A stretch of DNA of 64,000 nt, taken from contig OZ251234.1 of NCBI GenBank assembly GCA_965240325.2, positions 1,302,001 to 1,366,000 of the forward strand, given 5' to 3'. Position numbers and translations under genes: made by a program. Within the stretch, counting starts at the first letter, position 1. Each line of letters opens with the position of its first letter. Below, piece by piece: positions 10,798 to 21,252 of the stretch. Under the pieces are notes generated by a model. The model saw only the letters and a list, made by a program, of their open reading frames with translations. It searched no databases and was not told the DNA's origin. The stretch comes from Rebecca billardiae RCC1528 (Eukaryota > Protista > Haptophyta).

Positions 10798-13275
10798 ATG
10801 GCCGCTCTTGCTCGATCGCTGAGGAGGACGGGCATCGTCGCGCTCCTCGTGCTCCACCACGGGCGCGTCTCGGCGCAGCACGACGAGGACCTTCGAGAGC
10901 GCACCTGGGTCGAGCTCATCGGCGCCTTCAACCGCGCAAAGGAGTCGCGCGCCGACGCCGACTGGGAGCACCTGGCGGCCGCGTTCGCGTCGAAGCGCTC
11001 TGCGCTGGGCAGAAGGCAGGTGTCAGTCTTGCAGGGGCTGTGGGACCAGCACGCGTGGCGACCCGACGGCGCCACGCCGCGCGCCACCCTCCTCGCCGAC
11101 GTCACGCCCCTCCCCGGCCGCTCCATGTTCAGCGCGCTCGTCTGGGACGGCGCGCACGGCGTGCACCACTCGCTCACCGGCATGCGCCCGTCCGGGGACG
11201 CGACGTACGAGCAGCGCGACGCGGCGTTCGGCCTCGTGCCGGGCACGCGCGCCTCCGTGCGCGTCGACGGCTGGGAGGACCCGCACGCCGTGCGGCTGCG
11301 CGACGGCAGCGCGCCCGGCACGCAGACGTACGCGTTTGTCTTCCAGCGGTTTGGCTGCGGCGGCCGCTGCGACATGCCCGTGGGCGTGGCTATCGTCGAG
11401 CTCGGGCCGGCCGGGCTGGCGGACGGGGCGGAGCTCGACGTGCGCCCCGTCTCGGTCGTGCATGGCAGCGCGACCATCCGCCCGCCCGCCAAGAACTGGT
11501 CCCCGCTCGCGCTGGGCGGCGCGCTCCACCTCGTGGTCGCGCTCGACCCGCTCACGGTCGTGCGCTGCGGGGACGGCGCCGCGCCGGCGGCGCGGGGCGC
11601 GGCGCGGGGCGGGGCGGCCGACGAGCGCGGGGAGGAGGGCGGGTCGGCGGAGGAGCTGCCGTGCACGCTCGTGCACTGCACGGGCTGCGACCCGTCCAAC
11701 CCGCTCAGCGCGCCCATCTTCACGCGCGCGCACTCGGCAACGCTCGCGCTGCGCGGCGGCACGCAGCTCGAGCCGGTCGATCCGGCCGGCGGGCGGAGCG
11801 AGGCCAGCGGCCGCTTCCTCGGCCTGGCGCACTCGCGCATCCCGGGGTGCGCGGCGACGCTGCCGCCGCACTCGTACTACGCGACGCACGCCTTCGTGCT
11901 GCGCGCGCTGCCCACGTGGCGCCTCGAGTACGTCTCGGCCGCGCTCGAGTTCGACGCGCCGCCCGGGCCGCTGCGCGCGCACACGCGCGCGCAGGTCTCG
12001 TCAGCCTCGTCCATAGTCCGGCTTGGCGCGCCGCGCGCCGCTCGTGAGGGCGCAGCGCCCGGCGCGGCGTCGAGCTGGGCGGAGCGCTCGGAGGAGGAGG
12101 CCGACGACGCCGCGCTCCTGTTCGCCGTCAACGTGGACGACACGTTCGGCGCCTCGCTCGTCGCGCGCCTCCACGCCGTGCCCCAACTCCTCGCGGACGC
12201 GGAGCGCACCGCCGCGCGCGGCCTGCCGCTGCCGGGCTACTGGAACCTGTCGACCGCGGCGGCGGCGGAGGCGGCGTGCGGCGCGTTCGCCGCGGCGATC
12301 GACGCCGGCGAGGCGCGGCCGATGGACTCGCCGCCCGCACTCACCCCACTGCACGAGGCCGCCGCCCTGGCGGACGTCGACGGCGTGCGCGCGCTGCTCA
12401 GCGAGCGCGCGTCCGTGCGCGCGAGCGGAGGGCTCGCGCACCACTCGGCACTGATGCACGCGCTCTGGGCGTGGACGCGCACCGCGGGGGGCAGCGGCGG
12501 CAGCGCGGGCGTCGGGGCGAGCGCGCCCGCGCGCGAGGTGGTGCGCCTGCTCCTCGACCACGGCGCCGACGCGAACGAGCGCGACCGCCACGGCTTCCAC
12601 CCGCTCGCCGTCGCCGCCGCGATCGAGAGCTCGCCTGAGCCCGACATGCAGCTGATGCTCGGGCGGCGCGGGCTGAGCGGCGACGAGAGGCCGCTTGTCC
12701 AGCTGCTGCTCTCCCACGGCGCGGAGCCGAACGCGCGGATTGACGGCGCGTACGGCGTGCTCATCGTCGCCGCGGCGTGGGCGGACGGCGCGCTCGTCGA
12801 GCTGCTGCTCGGCCATGGCGCGGACGTGGACGCACGCACCAAGCACGGCGCGACCGCGCTGCACGCCGCGTGCCAGTTCGGCGCCGTGCGCGCCGCGCGC
12901 GCGCTGCTCGGCGCGGGCGCGGACCCGAACGCCCGGACGCACGACGAGTGGATCACGCCGCTCCACGTCGCGACGCAGTACGTCGCGCCGCTCCCCTTCG
13001 GCGTGCTCGTGCCGCCGATCCCGCCGGAGCCGCCGATGATGGCCGCCGTCGGCCTGCGCGCCCTGCACAAGCGCGCTCCCGAGCTGATCGCCGCGCTGCG
13101 CGCGCACGGCGCCGACCCGAATGCGCGAGACGCGGACGGGCGCACGCCCATCGAGCTCGCGCGCGCGCACCGGCACGGCGCGGCCGCGCGCGCGCTCGCG
13201 GCTCAGCCAGAGGCAGTGTCGGGGTCGGAGCAGTGTGACGACCGCACGATGTCAGCTGACGCGGCATCGGGCTGA
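10798..13275 (+). CDS. Signal-peptide protein with a GH130/GT91(BMT)-like beta-propeller-type domain fused to C-terminal ankyrin repeats
   Basis: N-terminal hydrophobic leader; motifs WEDPH, KNWSPL, LRGGTQL, FLGLAHSR; ankyrin repeats TPLHEAA, LLLDHGADAN, GATALHAAC, LLGAGADPN, GRTPIELA. Confidence 0.75.
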   Translation: MAALARSLRRTGIVALLVLHHGRVSAQHDEDLRERTWVELIGAFNRAKESRADADWEHLAAAFASKRSALGRRQVSVLQGLWDQHAWRPDGATPRATLLADVTPLPGRSMFSALVWDGAHGVHHSLTGMRPSGDATYEQRDAAFGLVPGTRASVRVDGWEDPHAVRLRDGSAPGTQTYAFVFQRFGCGGRCDMPVGVAIVELGPAGLADGAELDVRPVSVVHGSATIRPPAKNWSPLALGGALHLVVALDPLTVVRCGDGAAPAARGAARGGAADERGEEGGSAEELPCTLVHCTGCDPSNPLSAPIFTRAHSATLALRGGTQLEPVDPAGGRSEASGRFLGLAHSRIPGCAATLPPHSYYATHAFVLRALPTWRLEYVSAALEFDAPPGPLRAHTRAQVSSASSIVRLGAPRAAREGAAPGAASSWAERSEEEADDAALLFAVNVDDTFGASLVARLHAVPQLLADAERTAARGLPLPGYWNLSTAAAAEAACGAFAAAIDAGEARPMDSPPALTPLHEAAALADVDGVRALLSERASVRASGGLAHHSALMHALWAWTRTAGGSGGSAGVGASAPAREVVRLLLDHGADANERDRHGFHPLAVAAAIESSPEPDMQLMLGRRGLSGDERPLVQLLLSHGAEPNARIDGAYGVLIVAAAWADGALVELLLGHGADVDARTKHGATALHAACQFGAVRAARALLGAGADPNARTHDEWITPLHVATQYVAPLPFGVLVPPIPPEPPMMAAVGLRALHKRAPELIAALRAHGADPNARDADGRTPIELARAHRHGAAARALAAQPEAVSGSEQCDDRTMSADAASG

Positions 13276-13585
13276 CATCTTGCGACGTGCACTGGGCCGG
13301 GGGGCCTGGGCGTACGTTCAGTATTCACTGGTCAGGAGGAAGACGACCCAGGCCAAGTTCCAGAGTTTCCGTGCGAAAGCGTTCTGACAAGGTGAGGAAC
13401 CGCCCTTGGTTCTGGAACGACGATACGAAAGCAAGGAAGCATTTGTTGCCGTTCATCGGTTGGAGGAGGCTGCGGCGGGAGGAATCTCCTATCTTGCGCT
13501 CAGAATCTGGAATCTGCCTATCCGCTGGCACACTGGGTGTCTGGGTCCAACGACGCCGCCCTGTGGTCGCACCCGCCCCGTCGGC

Positions 13586-14776
13586 ATGTCCACGCCCCTT
13601 ACGCCCGATCGGCCGCTCCGCTGGGGCATCCTCGGCACCGGCAAGATCGCTAAGGACTTTTGCGCGGCAATCTACGCCACGCCCAACAACGAGATCGCCG
13701 TGATCGCCGGCCGCTCGCCCAAGGCGGCGGCGGAGATGGCGGCGTGCTACGGCGGGCGGGGCACGAGCGCGTCTGGCCAGGCCGCATACGCCGAGCTCGT
13801 CGCGGCGACGGAGGTGGACATCGTGTACATCGCGACGGTGCAGCTCTGCCACAAGGACCAGATCCTCCTCTGCCTCGCCGCGGGCAAGCACGTGCTCTGC
13901 GAGAAGCCGATGTGCATGAACGCGGCGGAGACGCGCACGGTCGTCGCCGCCGCGCGCCGCGCACGCAGGTTCCTGATGGAGGGGCACTGGACGCACGCGT
14001 GGCCGGCCGCGCGCGAGGCGCAGCAGCTGATCGCCGACGGCGCGATCGGCGAGCTCGTCTCGGTCGCCTCCGACTTCTCGTACCCGAACTCGATCGACGG
14101 CGGCAAGAGCGAGATGCAGAACGACGCGGGCGGCGGCGTCTCGCTCATCCTCGGCGTCTACCCGATGTGCATGGTGCTGCGCACGCTGGGCACGCCGCTC
14201 TCGATCCGTGCGGCCGGTCGCACCGAGTGCCCCACGCCCGCCGGCGCCGTCGACTCGGCCGCGCTCGTCTGCATGCAGTTTGCCGACGGCCGGACGGGCG
14301 TCGCCAGCTACGGCTGGTACGGCGAGGGCGCGCAGGAGACGGTCTTTGTCGGCACCAAGGGGCGGGTGGTGCTGGGCAATCCGGCGCACGCGCCGACTGA
14401 GCTCACGCTCACGCTGCAGGCGGGCAAGCGCAACACGTACACCACCGAGCGCCGCTCGCACCCGCTGCCGCCGCACCCGCCCGGACTGCCGGCCGTGCTG
14501 CACCCGCACTCGGAAGGCTTTGTCTACGAGGTGCAGGCGGTGGAGGCGGCGCTGCGCGCGGGGCAGACAGAGTGCGAGGTGATGCCGCTCGACGCGTCGG
14601 TCGGGCTCTCCCAGGCGATGGACGAGGTGCGAGCGCAGCTCGGCGTCGCGTACGCCGTCGACCCGCTCGGCGCGCGACTCGCCGTGCGCGCGCCGAAGCT
14701 GCCCGTCGCCGCGATGCTCGCCGCCGCCGCCGCGGCCGGTGCGGCGCTCGCGCTTGCACTCCGCCGCGCAGCCTGA
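13586..14776 (+). CDS. Gfo/Idh/MocA oxidoreductase (dihydrodiol/D-xylose dehydrogenase-like) with hydrophobic C-tail
   Basis: LRWGILGTGKIA, VDIVYIAT, GKHVLCEKP, FLMEGHWT, GGGVSLILGVYP; ATG at 13586. Confidence 0.9.
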   Translation: MSTPLTPDRPLRWGILGTGKIAKDFCAAIYATPNNEIAVIAGRSPKAAAEMAACYGGRGTSASGQAAYAELVAATEVDIVYIATVQLCHKDQILLCLAAGKHVLCEKPMCMNAAETRTVVAAARRARRFLMEGHWTHAWPAAREAQQLIADGAIGELVSVASDFSYPNSIDGGKSEMQNDAGGGVSLILGVYPMCMVLRTLGTPLSIRAAGRTECPTPAGAVDSAALVCMQFADGRTGVASYGWYGEGAQETVFVGTKGRVVLGNPAHAPTELTLTLQAGKRNTYTTERRSHPLPPHPPGLPAVLHPHSEGFVYEVQAVEAALRAGQTECEVMPLDASVGLSQAMDEVRAQLGVAYAVDPLGARLAVRAPKLPVAAMLAAAAAAGAALALALRRAA

Positions 14777-15151
14777 GCACGCGCCGCATCAGGGCGGCGT
14801 GTGCGCGCCCTCACCCATCGCGCCCGTGACGAGCGATCGAGCGCGCACTGGAGCCGCTGCCCGCTACGGAGCATAAAATTAAAACATGACGCGGAGAGCC
14901 AGGTGCGAGGGCGGGAACGGCGATGCTGACACACCTAGCACACTACTCGTAAGCCGTAATTTTGTCCGACGGGCCTCTTCTACACCATCCTGGGCGACCC
15001 TAGGTGTGCAGGACCGACAGGGCCGCGGGCGCGGCGATTCGCGAGTCGCACGCCCCGGTGTTCTATTTTGCCGGACCCGGACCCACCATTCCCAGTGACC
15101 AGTGATCAGTCCTGACCAGTCTCAAGTCCCAGGCCGGACGCCGCCCCCAGT

Positions 15152-16255
15152 CAAGGGTGTCCAGGGTCCGCAACAGCCAGTGCGCAGCGCGGCAGAGGCT
15201 GTGACAGAGGCAGGTCGCCGCTCGCCAGTGGCACTCGCCCGCCCGCCGCCGTGCACGGCGGCGGAGCCGCTCGCGCCGTGCGCTCCTGCGGCCGTCGGAT
15301 CGGGCTGCGTAGGCGGCGCGCGGCTTGGGCCGTCGCAGAGCCACCCAGCGCCCCTCTCTGCGCCGCGCGCCTTCCTCGTCCTCGCCTCCTCCGCGCCTTG
15401 GAGCAGCACGCACACGCGCGGCGCCGCACAAAGGCAGCCCAGGCGCTCGCGTGCAAGCGTGCGCGCGCGCAGCGCGACGGGCTCGACTCGGGGCTCGCGC
15501 CGCTGCGGGGGCATGCAGCACCATCCCATGCGCGCGCGACGCCACCTCGAACCCGCGCATCGCTGTGACCGTCACGCGCCAAATGCTCACACGTCCTCGT
15601 GTTATAAAGTAGGCCCAATCTGACCAGAACCTGCCATGCGTCAGGACAACTTCTTAGGCAAGACACGATGACAGCTACGACGCGGCGCTTCTCAGCAAGC
15701 GTGGAGACCACAAGAGAAGCGCATGCAAGCATGACCGTCTCCGCATCGATCGCGTCGACGCACTCAAGGCCCATTGTGGAAGCTTCCGTCGCACGTGTGA
15801 TGATGCCAAGTCAGACCATTTTGTAACGTGCATCAGCGAGCACTGACGGTCAAACGCGCGGGTTCGAGGTGGCGTCGCGCGCGCATGGGATGGTGCTGCA
15901 TGCCCCCGCAGCGGCGCGAGCCCCGAGTCGAGCCCGTCGCGCTGCGCGCGCGCACGCTTGCACGCGAGCGCCTGGGCTGCCTTTGTGCGGCGCCGCGCGT
16001 GTGCGTGCTGCTCCAAGGCGCGGAGGAGGCGAGGACGAGGAAGGCGCGCGGCGCAGAGAGGGGCGCTGGGTGGCTCTGCGACGGCCCAAGCCGCGCGCCG
16101 CCTACGCAGCCCGATCCGACGGCCGCAGGAGCGCACGGCGCGAGCGGCTCCGCCGCCGTGCAGGGCGGCGGGCGGGCGAGTGCCACTGGCGACCTGCCTC
16201 TGTCACAGCCTCTGCCGCGCTGCGCACTGGCTGTTGCGGACCCTGGACACCCTTG
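15152..16255. mobile_element. Palindromic non-autonomous element with about 400 bp arms (15152-15558, 15856-16255), CA...TG ends, 7 bp TSD
   Basis: caagggtgtccagggtccgcaacagcc... / ...ggctgttgcggaccctggacacccttg; ccccagt at 15145-15151 and 16256-16262. Confidence 0.85.
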
Positions 16256-16979
16256 CCCCAGTGTTATGAGCCGCTACTTGCCAGCAAGGGCCATGGAGGA
16301 GGTGGTGAACTGCACGAGCGCGTGCGAGGAGATCTGTCTCGGCAAGGGTGGGGCGCCTGACGTCGTCGTCGATAGCGCATCGGGGTTCGGGCCGGTGTGT
16401 GAGACGCACTACGCGCCTCGTCGCGCTGATGCGCCTTCTGCTCGCCTGCGCTCACACGAACCTGCGCGCCCACGCATACCATTTGGCTGTCTTCGCAGGG
16501 TGTCGCGACGGGCATGCTGTCGTCGGTCATCACGATCGCGGTCGTTTCGGCGCTCCTGTACGCAAGCCGGGTGGTCACGCACAAGTTTAGGAGAAGTCCA
16601 GGCGGCGGTGCGCAGGGTGCCTCGTCGACGGCTGGCAACTCATAGGCGTCTAAAGGAAGTGCTTCGCATTGCGGCCTCCCATCACGGATGAGCTCACATG
16701 GCGTGTTAGCTACGCGACCAACTACGTTGCCGAGGTTCACTCGGTGTGCAACGTCGTTCAGCCCAGTGAGCCCAGCTGGCACTCGCCAGTCGCCTGGGCA
16801 GTCCGACCGACGCGGGCGAGTCTGCCGCTGACCGAGACGAGCCCGAGGCTAGCCACCCGGGGACTGCGCTCCGTCACTCGTCAGTAGACAGGAGCCAGGA
16901 GGCGGGACGAACTTCGTCTTCGACGACCGCTGATCAGTCGAGCCCGCTCGCCCGTGCCAGGCTGAACCGCATATTATTA

Positions 16980-16981
<2 letters not shown>

Positions 16982-17073
<92 letters not shown>
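16982..17073. repeat. (TA)n microsatellite, interrupted
   Basis: Direct reading. Confidence 0.95.
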
Positions 17074-17075
<2 letters not shown>

Positions 17076-17156
17076 AGTCGTCCATCGACTCGAACGTTGT
17101 TATCGTCCAATTCGTCCATTCGTCCGCGGTATCGCCTATCGGCATTGACTCTGATT

Positions 17157-17428
17157 AACCGGTTGAAAACCCACGGGTTTGCCGACTGAGCTAAATCGGC
17201 TCGCGCGAGCCGATTTAGCTCAGTCGGCAAACTGGGTTTTCAACCGGTTTAATATCATAACCGTAAGTCACCTGGGGACACCCCGCGAGGCGGGCTGTAG
17301 TCCGTCCCAGTCTACCGACTACGGATTTTTTGACGAGGTTGTTCCTTCCCCGCCCGGTCTGTCCCGGGTGTCCCGCCCGTGCGTGCTCGTCTGCGCCGAT
17401 GTAGTGGCTTCGTAGAGGCTCCGGCTTC

Positions 17429-17466
<38 letters not shown>

Positions 17467-17811
17467 CGGTGAGCCCTTCTGCGGCTGTGGCTTCTTGAGG
17501 CTCGTTGTGTCATCGTTGAGTTGAGTGTTGACCCGGGGGTGACTGTACGGTCCGGGGGCTGCGCTTCTCGCTCGTGGAACCGTGCTCGTCTTCTGTCGGC
17601 GGTCGGTCGTTGTCCGGTTTCTGTTCGATTCTTCGTCGTCTCCGGCTCGTCTCCCCCCCCCCGGGCCGTAAGGCTCTCGCGGGGAGCCGGAGAGTGATGA
17701 AAGACTTTTTTTTGTTGCACGTCGGTAGTGGGTGACTCGAACAGGCGACTTCTTAGTCATGATACTAACCGTTTGAAAACCCGTTTGCCGACTGAGCTAA
17801 ATCGGCTCGCG
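17157..17811. mobile_element. Dispersed repeat with loop-less terminal palindrome and a third copy of the arm at 17767-17811; contains (GT)n at about 17430-17464
   Basis: gtttgccgactgagctaaatcggctcgc|gcgagccgatttagctcagtcggcaaac; the body 17260-17745 matches 59025-59480 in reverse. Confidence 0.7.
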
Positions 17812-19645
17812 TATCATCAGACTCTACGGAGTCAATAATATACGTCGCGGTATGAGTTATGACCGCGTTCCGCGGTCCTTCCGTAGAACCAACGTAGTTA
17901 GGGGCCCGCGGTGCACCCTCCGTCGGCATATGCTGTCCGTCCAACGCGCGGCCGTAGCGGCAGCAGCAGCGCGGAGCGCCGTCGAGCACGCGCGGCAAAC
18001 GAATAATGGAATATTATGCAGCGCGGGCGAGTCGACGGTCTGGAAAATGCGCGATCACGCCACAGGACTGTCAGCAGGCTGGCAGAGCCCGCCCCGAGCT
18101 GCAGCATGCGCCGTAGGTGCTGCCCCAAGCTCTCGACTGCCCGTAAGCGGCGGCATGTGCGGCGGCGCCGGCGGCGGCCATGCTGCCCCGCCGTTGCGCG
18201 CCGCGGGGCGCTGCCAGCACCTCCGTGGTGAAGCGCACAGCGCTCGAGCCCACAGGGGCTGGCGACCGTCAAACCGACATCCCATGACACGGGCCGGGGC
18301 TGCGTGTGCCAGCTGCACGCACCCCCTGGGCCCACCTGGCCCGCTCGAGCAGCTCGCGCCTTGGGTGCGCACAGCGGCTCGAGTATACTGGTATGGGACG
18401 CCTGCTGCGGTGCCGCCGAGCGAGCACGTGCGGCCGAGGGTCACGCAGCACGGGCGACTCGACGGCGGCGAGCAGGCGCGACGGCCTCGCCGCGCCGCGG
18501 TAGAGCCTGCCCGGGCTGCAGCACGCCGTAGGAGCAGCCCAGCGCCCTCCTCCGCCCTCCAGCTTCGGCGCGCGCAGCAGGCCCGGCGGCGGACATGCTG
18601 GCGTGCCCAAGCAAGCAGGCAGATGGGCGCTGCCGGCCGCGCCGTCGCAAAGCGCGCAGAACTCGAGCTCGGGGGGGCGGACGGCCGCCAAACTGGCGCC
18701 GCAGGACGTGGCACTGCGTGCGCCAGCTGCGCGCACCCGCTGCGCCCGCGTAGCCCGTGCGAGCGCCGCGCCTCGAGCACACGCCGCAGCAGCTCGACAC
18801 AGCCACTGCAGCGCGCACGCAGCCTGCACGGAGTGCACGCCGTGGCCCGTCGGCATCTTGGAAGCCGCCGAGAGCGTGTGCTTTCCCCGCACGACGGCGG
18901 TAGCTGCCGCGATGTATACGAGCGTGCTGCCGCGCCGGCCGCCGCTGCCCGGCCGCTGCGCCGGCTTCCACTCCGCGCCCGCTGCGCGTCCGCAGCTGGC
19001 AGCTGCGCCCGCCGTCAGCCGGCCCGGTGGCCAGCTGCCGCGCTCGCTGGGCGACCACTCGATGATGCGCGCAGCGTAAAGTGCGCGCTGGGCACCTCCT
19101 CGTCGCGTGCAATTTCGAGGTAGTCCTGCATCTGCTCCTGCATCAGCCCCTCCCACCCTGCGCGCGGGCGCGGACGGAGTCGCACGCACGCGGTCCGATC
19201 GACGATCGATCGAGGCGCGGGCTGACCGCGGCGGGACGGGCGTCGACGCGCAGGTTAGGTAGGTATGGTCAATGGTGCCGGCGCTTCCCGCAGGCGTTGC
19301 GCGCTTGGGGCGAGTGGGGCGCGTGGGCGAGACCAGCGGCCAGCCAGCCCACGCCACCGGCGCGAGGGCACCGGCGCGGCGCGCACACACACTTTGGGCC
19401 GCGGACCTGGTCGCGGGGCCGCCGCGCGGCTGCGTGACCGGCAGCTGTGAGTGAGCTGATCGAGTGAGCAAGCCGAATGCGCGTCCGGAGGTACCTGCAG
19501 GCGCGCTCGGGGAGGGCCGAGGGCGATAGGTCGAGACCAGCGGCCGGCCGGCACCCGTCGCGCACGCACTCGGTGCGCGCCTTTGAAGGCGGCATCCTCG
19601 CTCGGGCCGATGTCGTCGCGCCGCTCGCGAGCACGAGACAGCTGA

Positions 19646-19922
19646 CAGGCGGGTAACTTGGTTGTGACAAGCGCTATTCAAAAGAATATCTTATTTCAAT
19701 ATTATCAAGGCGGTTCATCCATCGAGGCAAGCGGGTAACTGGCTTTAAATAGCGCCATTCAAAAGAATCTCTTCAATATGATGAGGAGGTTCATCCAACG
19801 AGACAGGTGGGTAACTTGGTTTAAAAGCGCTATTCAAAAGAATCTCTTTCAATACCATGAGGCGGTTCATCCATCGAGACAGGCGGGTAACTTCTTTTCG
19901 CAAGCGCTATTCAAAAGAATCT
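19646..19922. repeat. AT-rich minisatellite, about 77 bp unit, about 3.5 diverged copies
   Basis: Recurrent caggcgggtaact...aagcgctattcaaaagaat...ggcggttcatccatcgag. Confidence 0.9.
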
Positions 19923-20769
19923 GGCCTCATAGCTGTTTTCGACCCAAAACAATCAAACGTCGCTCGGCAAACTCGTACTCCAGCATACAAGAAGGACCAA
20001 AATACTCACTTGTTTCACCCCCGGGGTATCTGATCCCACGTCCGTCCATCGACTTATGCGGAATGGCGTGGGCGCGCTTATTTCGTCAAGCGCGTAGTTG
20101 CTAATGCAGAGCACTATGGGCCAACGTACCCCTCGAAAAATCGAAAACTCACCCTCCAACAGCCCTCAAAATCGTCCCCCATCCCCTTTTCTTTGATCAA
20201 AAGATCTTTTTGACAACGTAGTGAGGGCCCCCGGCGGGGCTCCACGCTACGCGCTCCGCCCTGCACCGCGGGCCATGAAAATAATACTCAGTATATAGCT
20301 TATTCTTTCGTCTGCAGCAGCTGCTGCTGCAGGATTTGACAGCGAGACTCACGCAGCGAGTCAGCGACGACGTGAGACTTCACCATTAGCCGACTGAAAT
20401 TAATGTTCCGCCATGCCCGGCTCGTACAAGGCGTCGGGTACGAATGGACTCTGGAGCTGGATGGTCGCGGCGCGCGGCGTCGTGGAGTAGACAGACCACA
20501 ATGATCAATCATGGAACGATCAGGTTAGCTATGTTGGGATTTGAGCAACGAACGACAGCGGGCGCTGGCAGCGGCGTGGCGGTTGAGCTGCTGCCCGAGG
20601 TCGAGAGGGCGCCCGCGAGTCCCGTTTATAAGTTGGAGCGGGCGTCCAAGTAGTCGTAACGATGAAGCGTGCGGGTTGACGCGACAGCGGCGAGAGCAAG
20701 AGACCATTGCATGAGGGGCGACGCGGCGAAGACAGATGATGACGTCGCGCCGCCGAACGATCAGGCGGG

Positions 20770-21251
<482 letters not shown>

Positions 21252-21252
21252 A

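Noticed and set aside
16849-17230. Poly-IY ORFs (also 21087-21971, 58466-58702) and poly-L / poly-SL ORFs at 30569 and 63615
   Set aside because: Translations of microsatellites
19646-19922. CRISPR-like periodic repeat
   Set aside because: The intervening segments are homologous to each other rather than unique spacers, the context is eukaryotic, and there are no cas genes; it is a minisatellite
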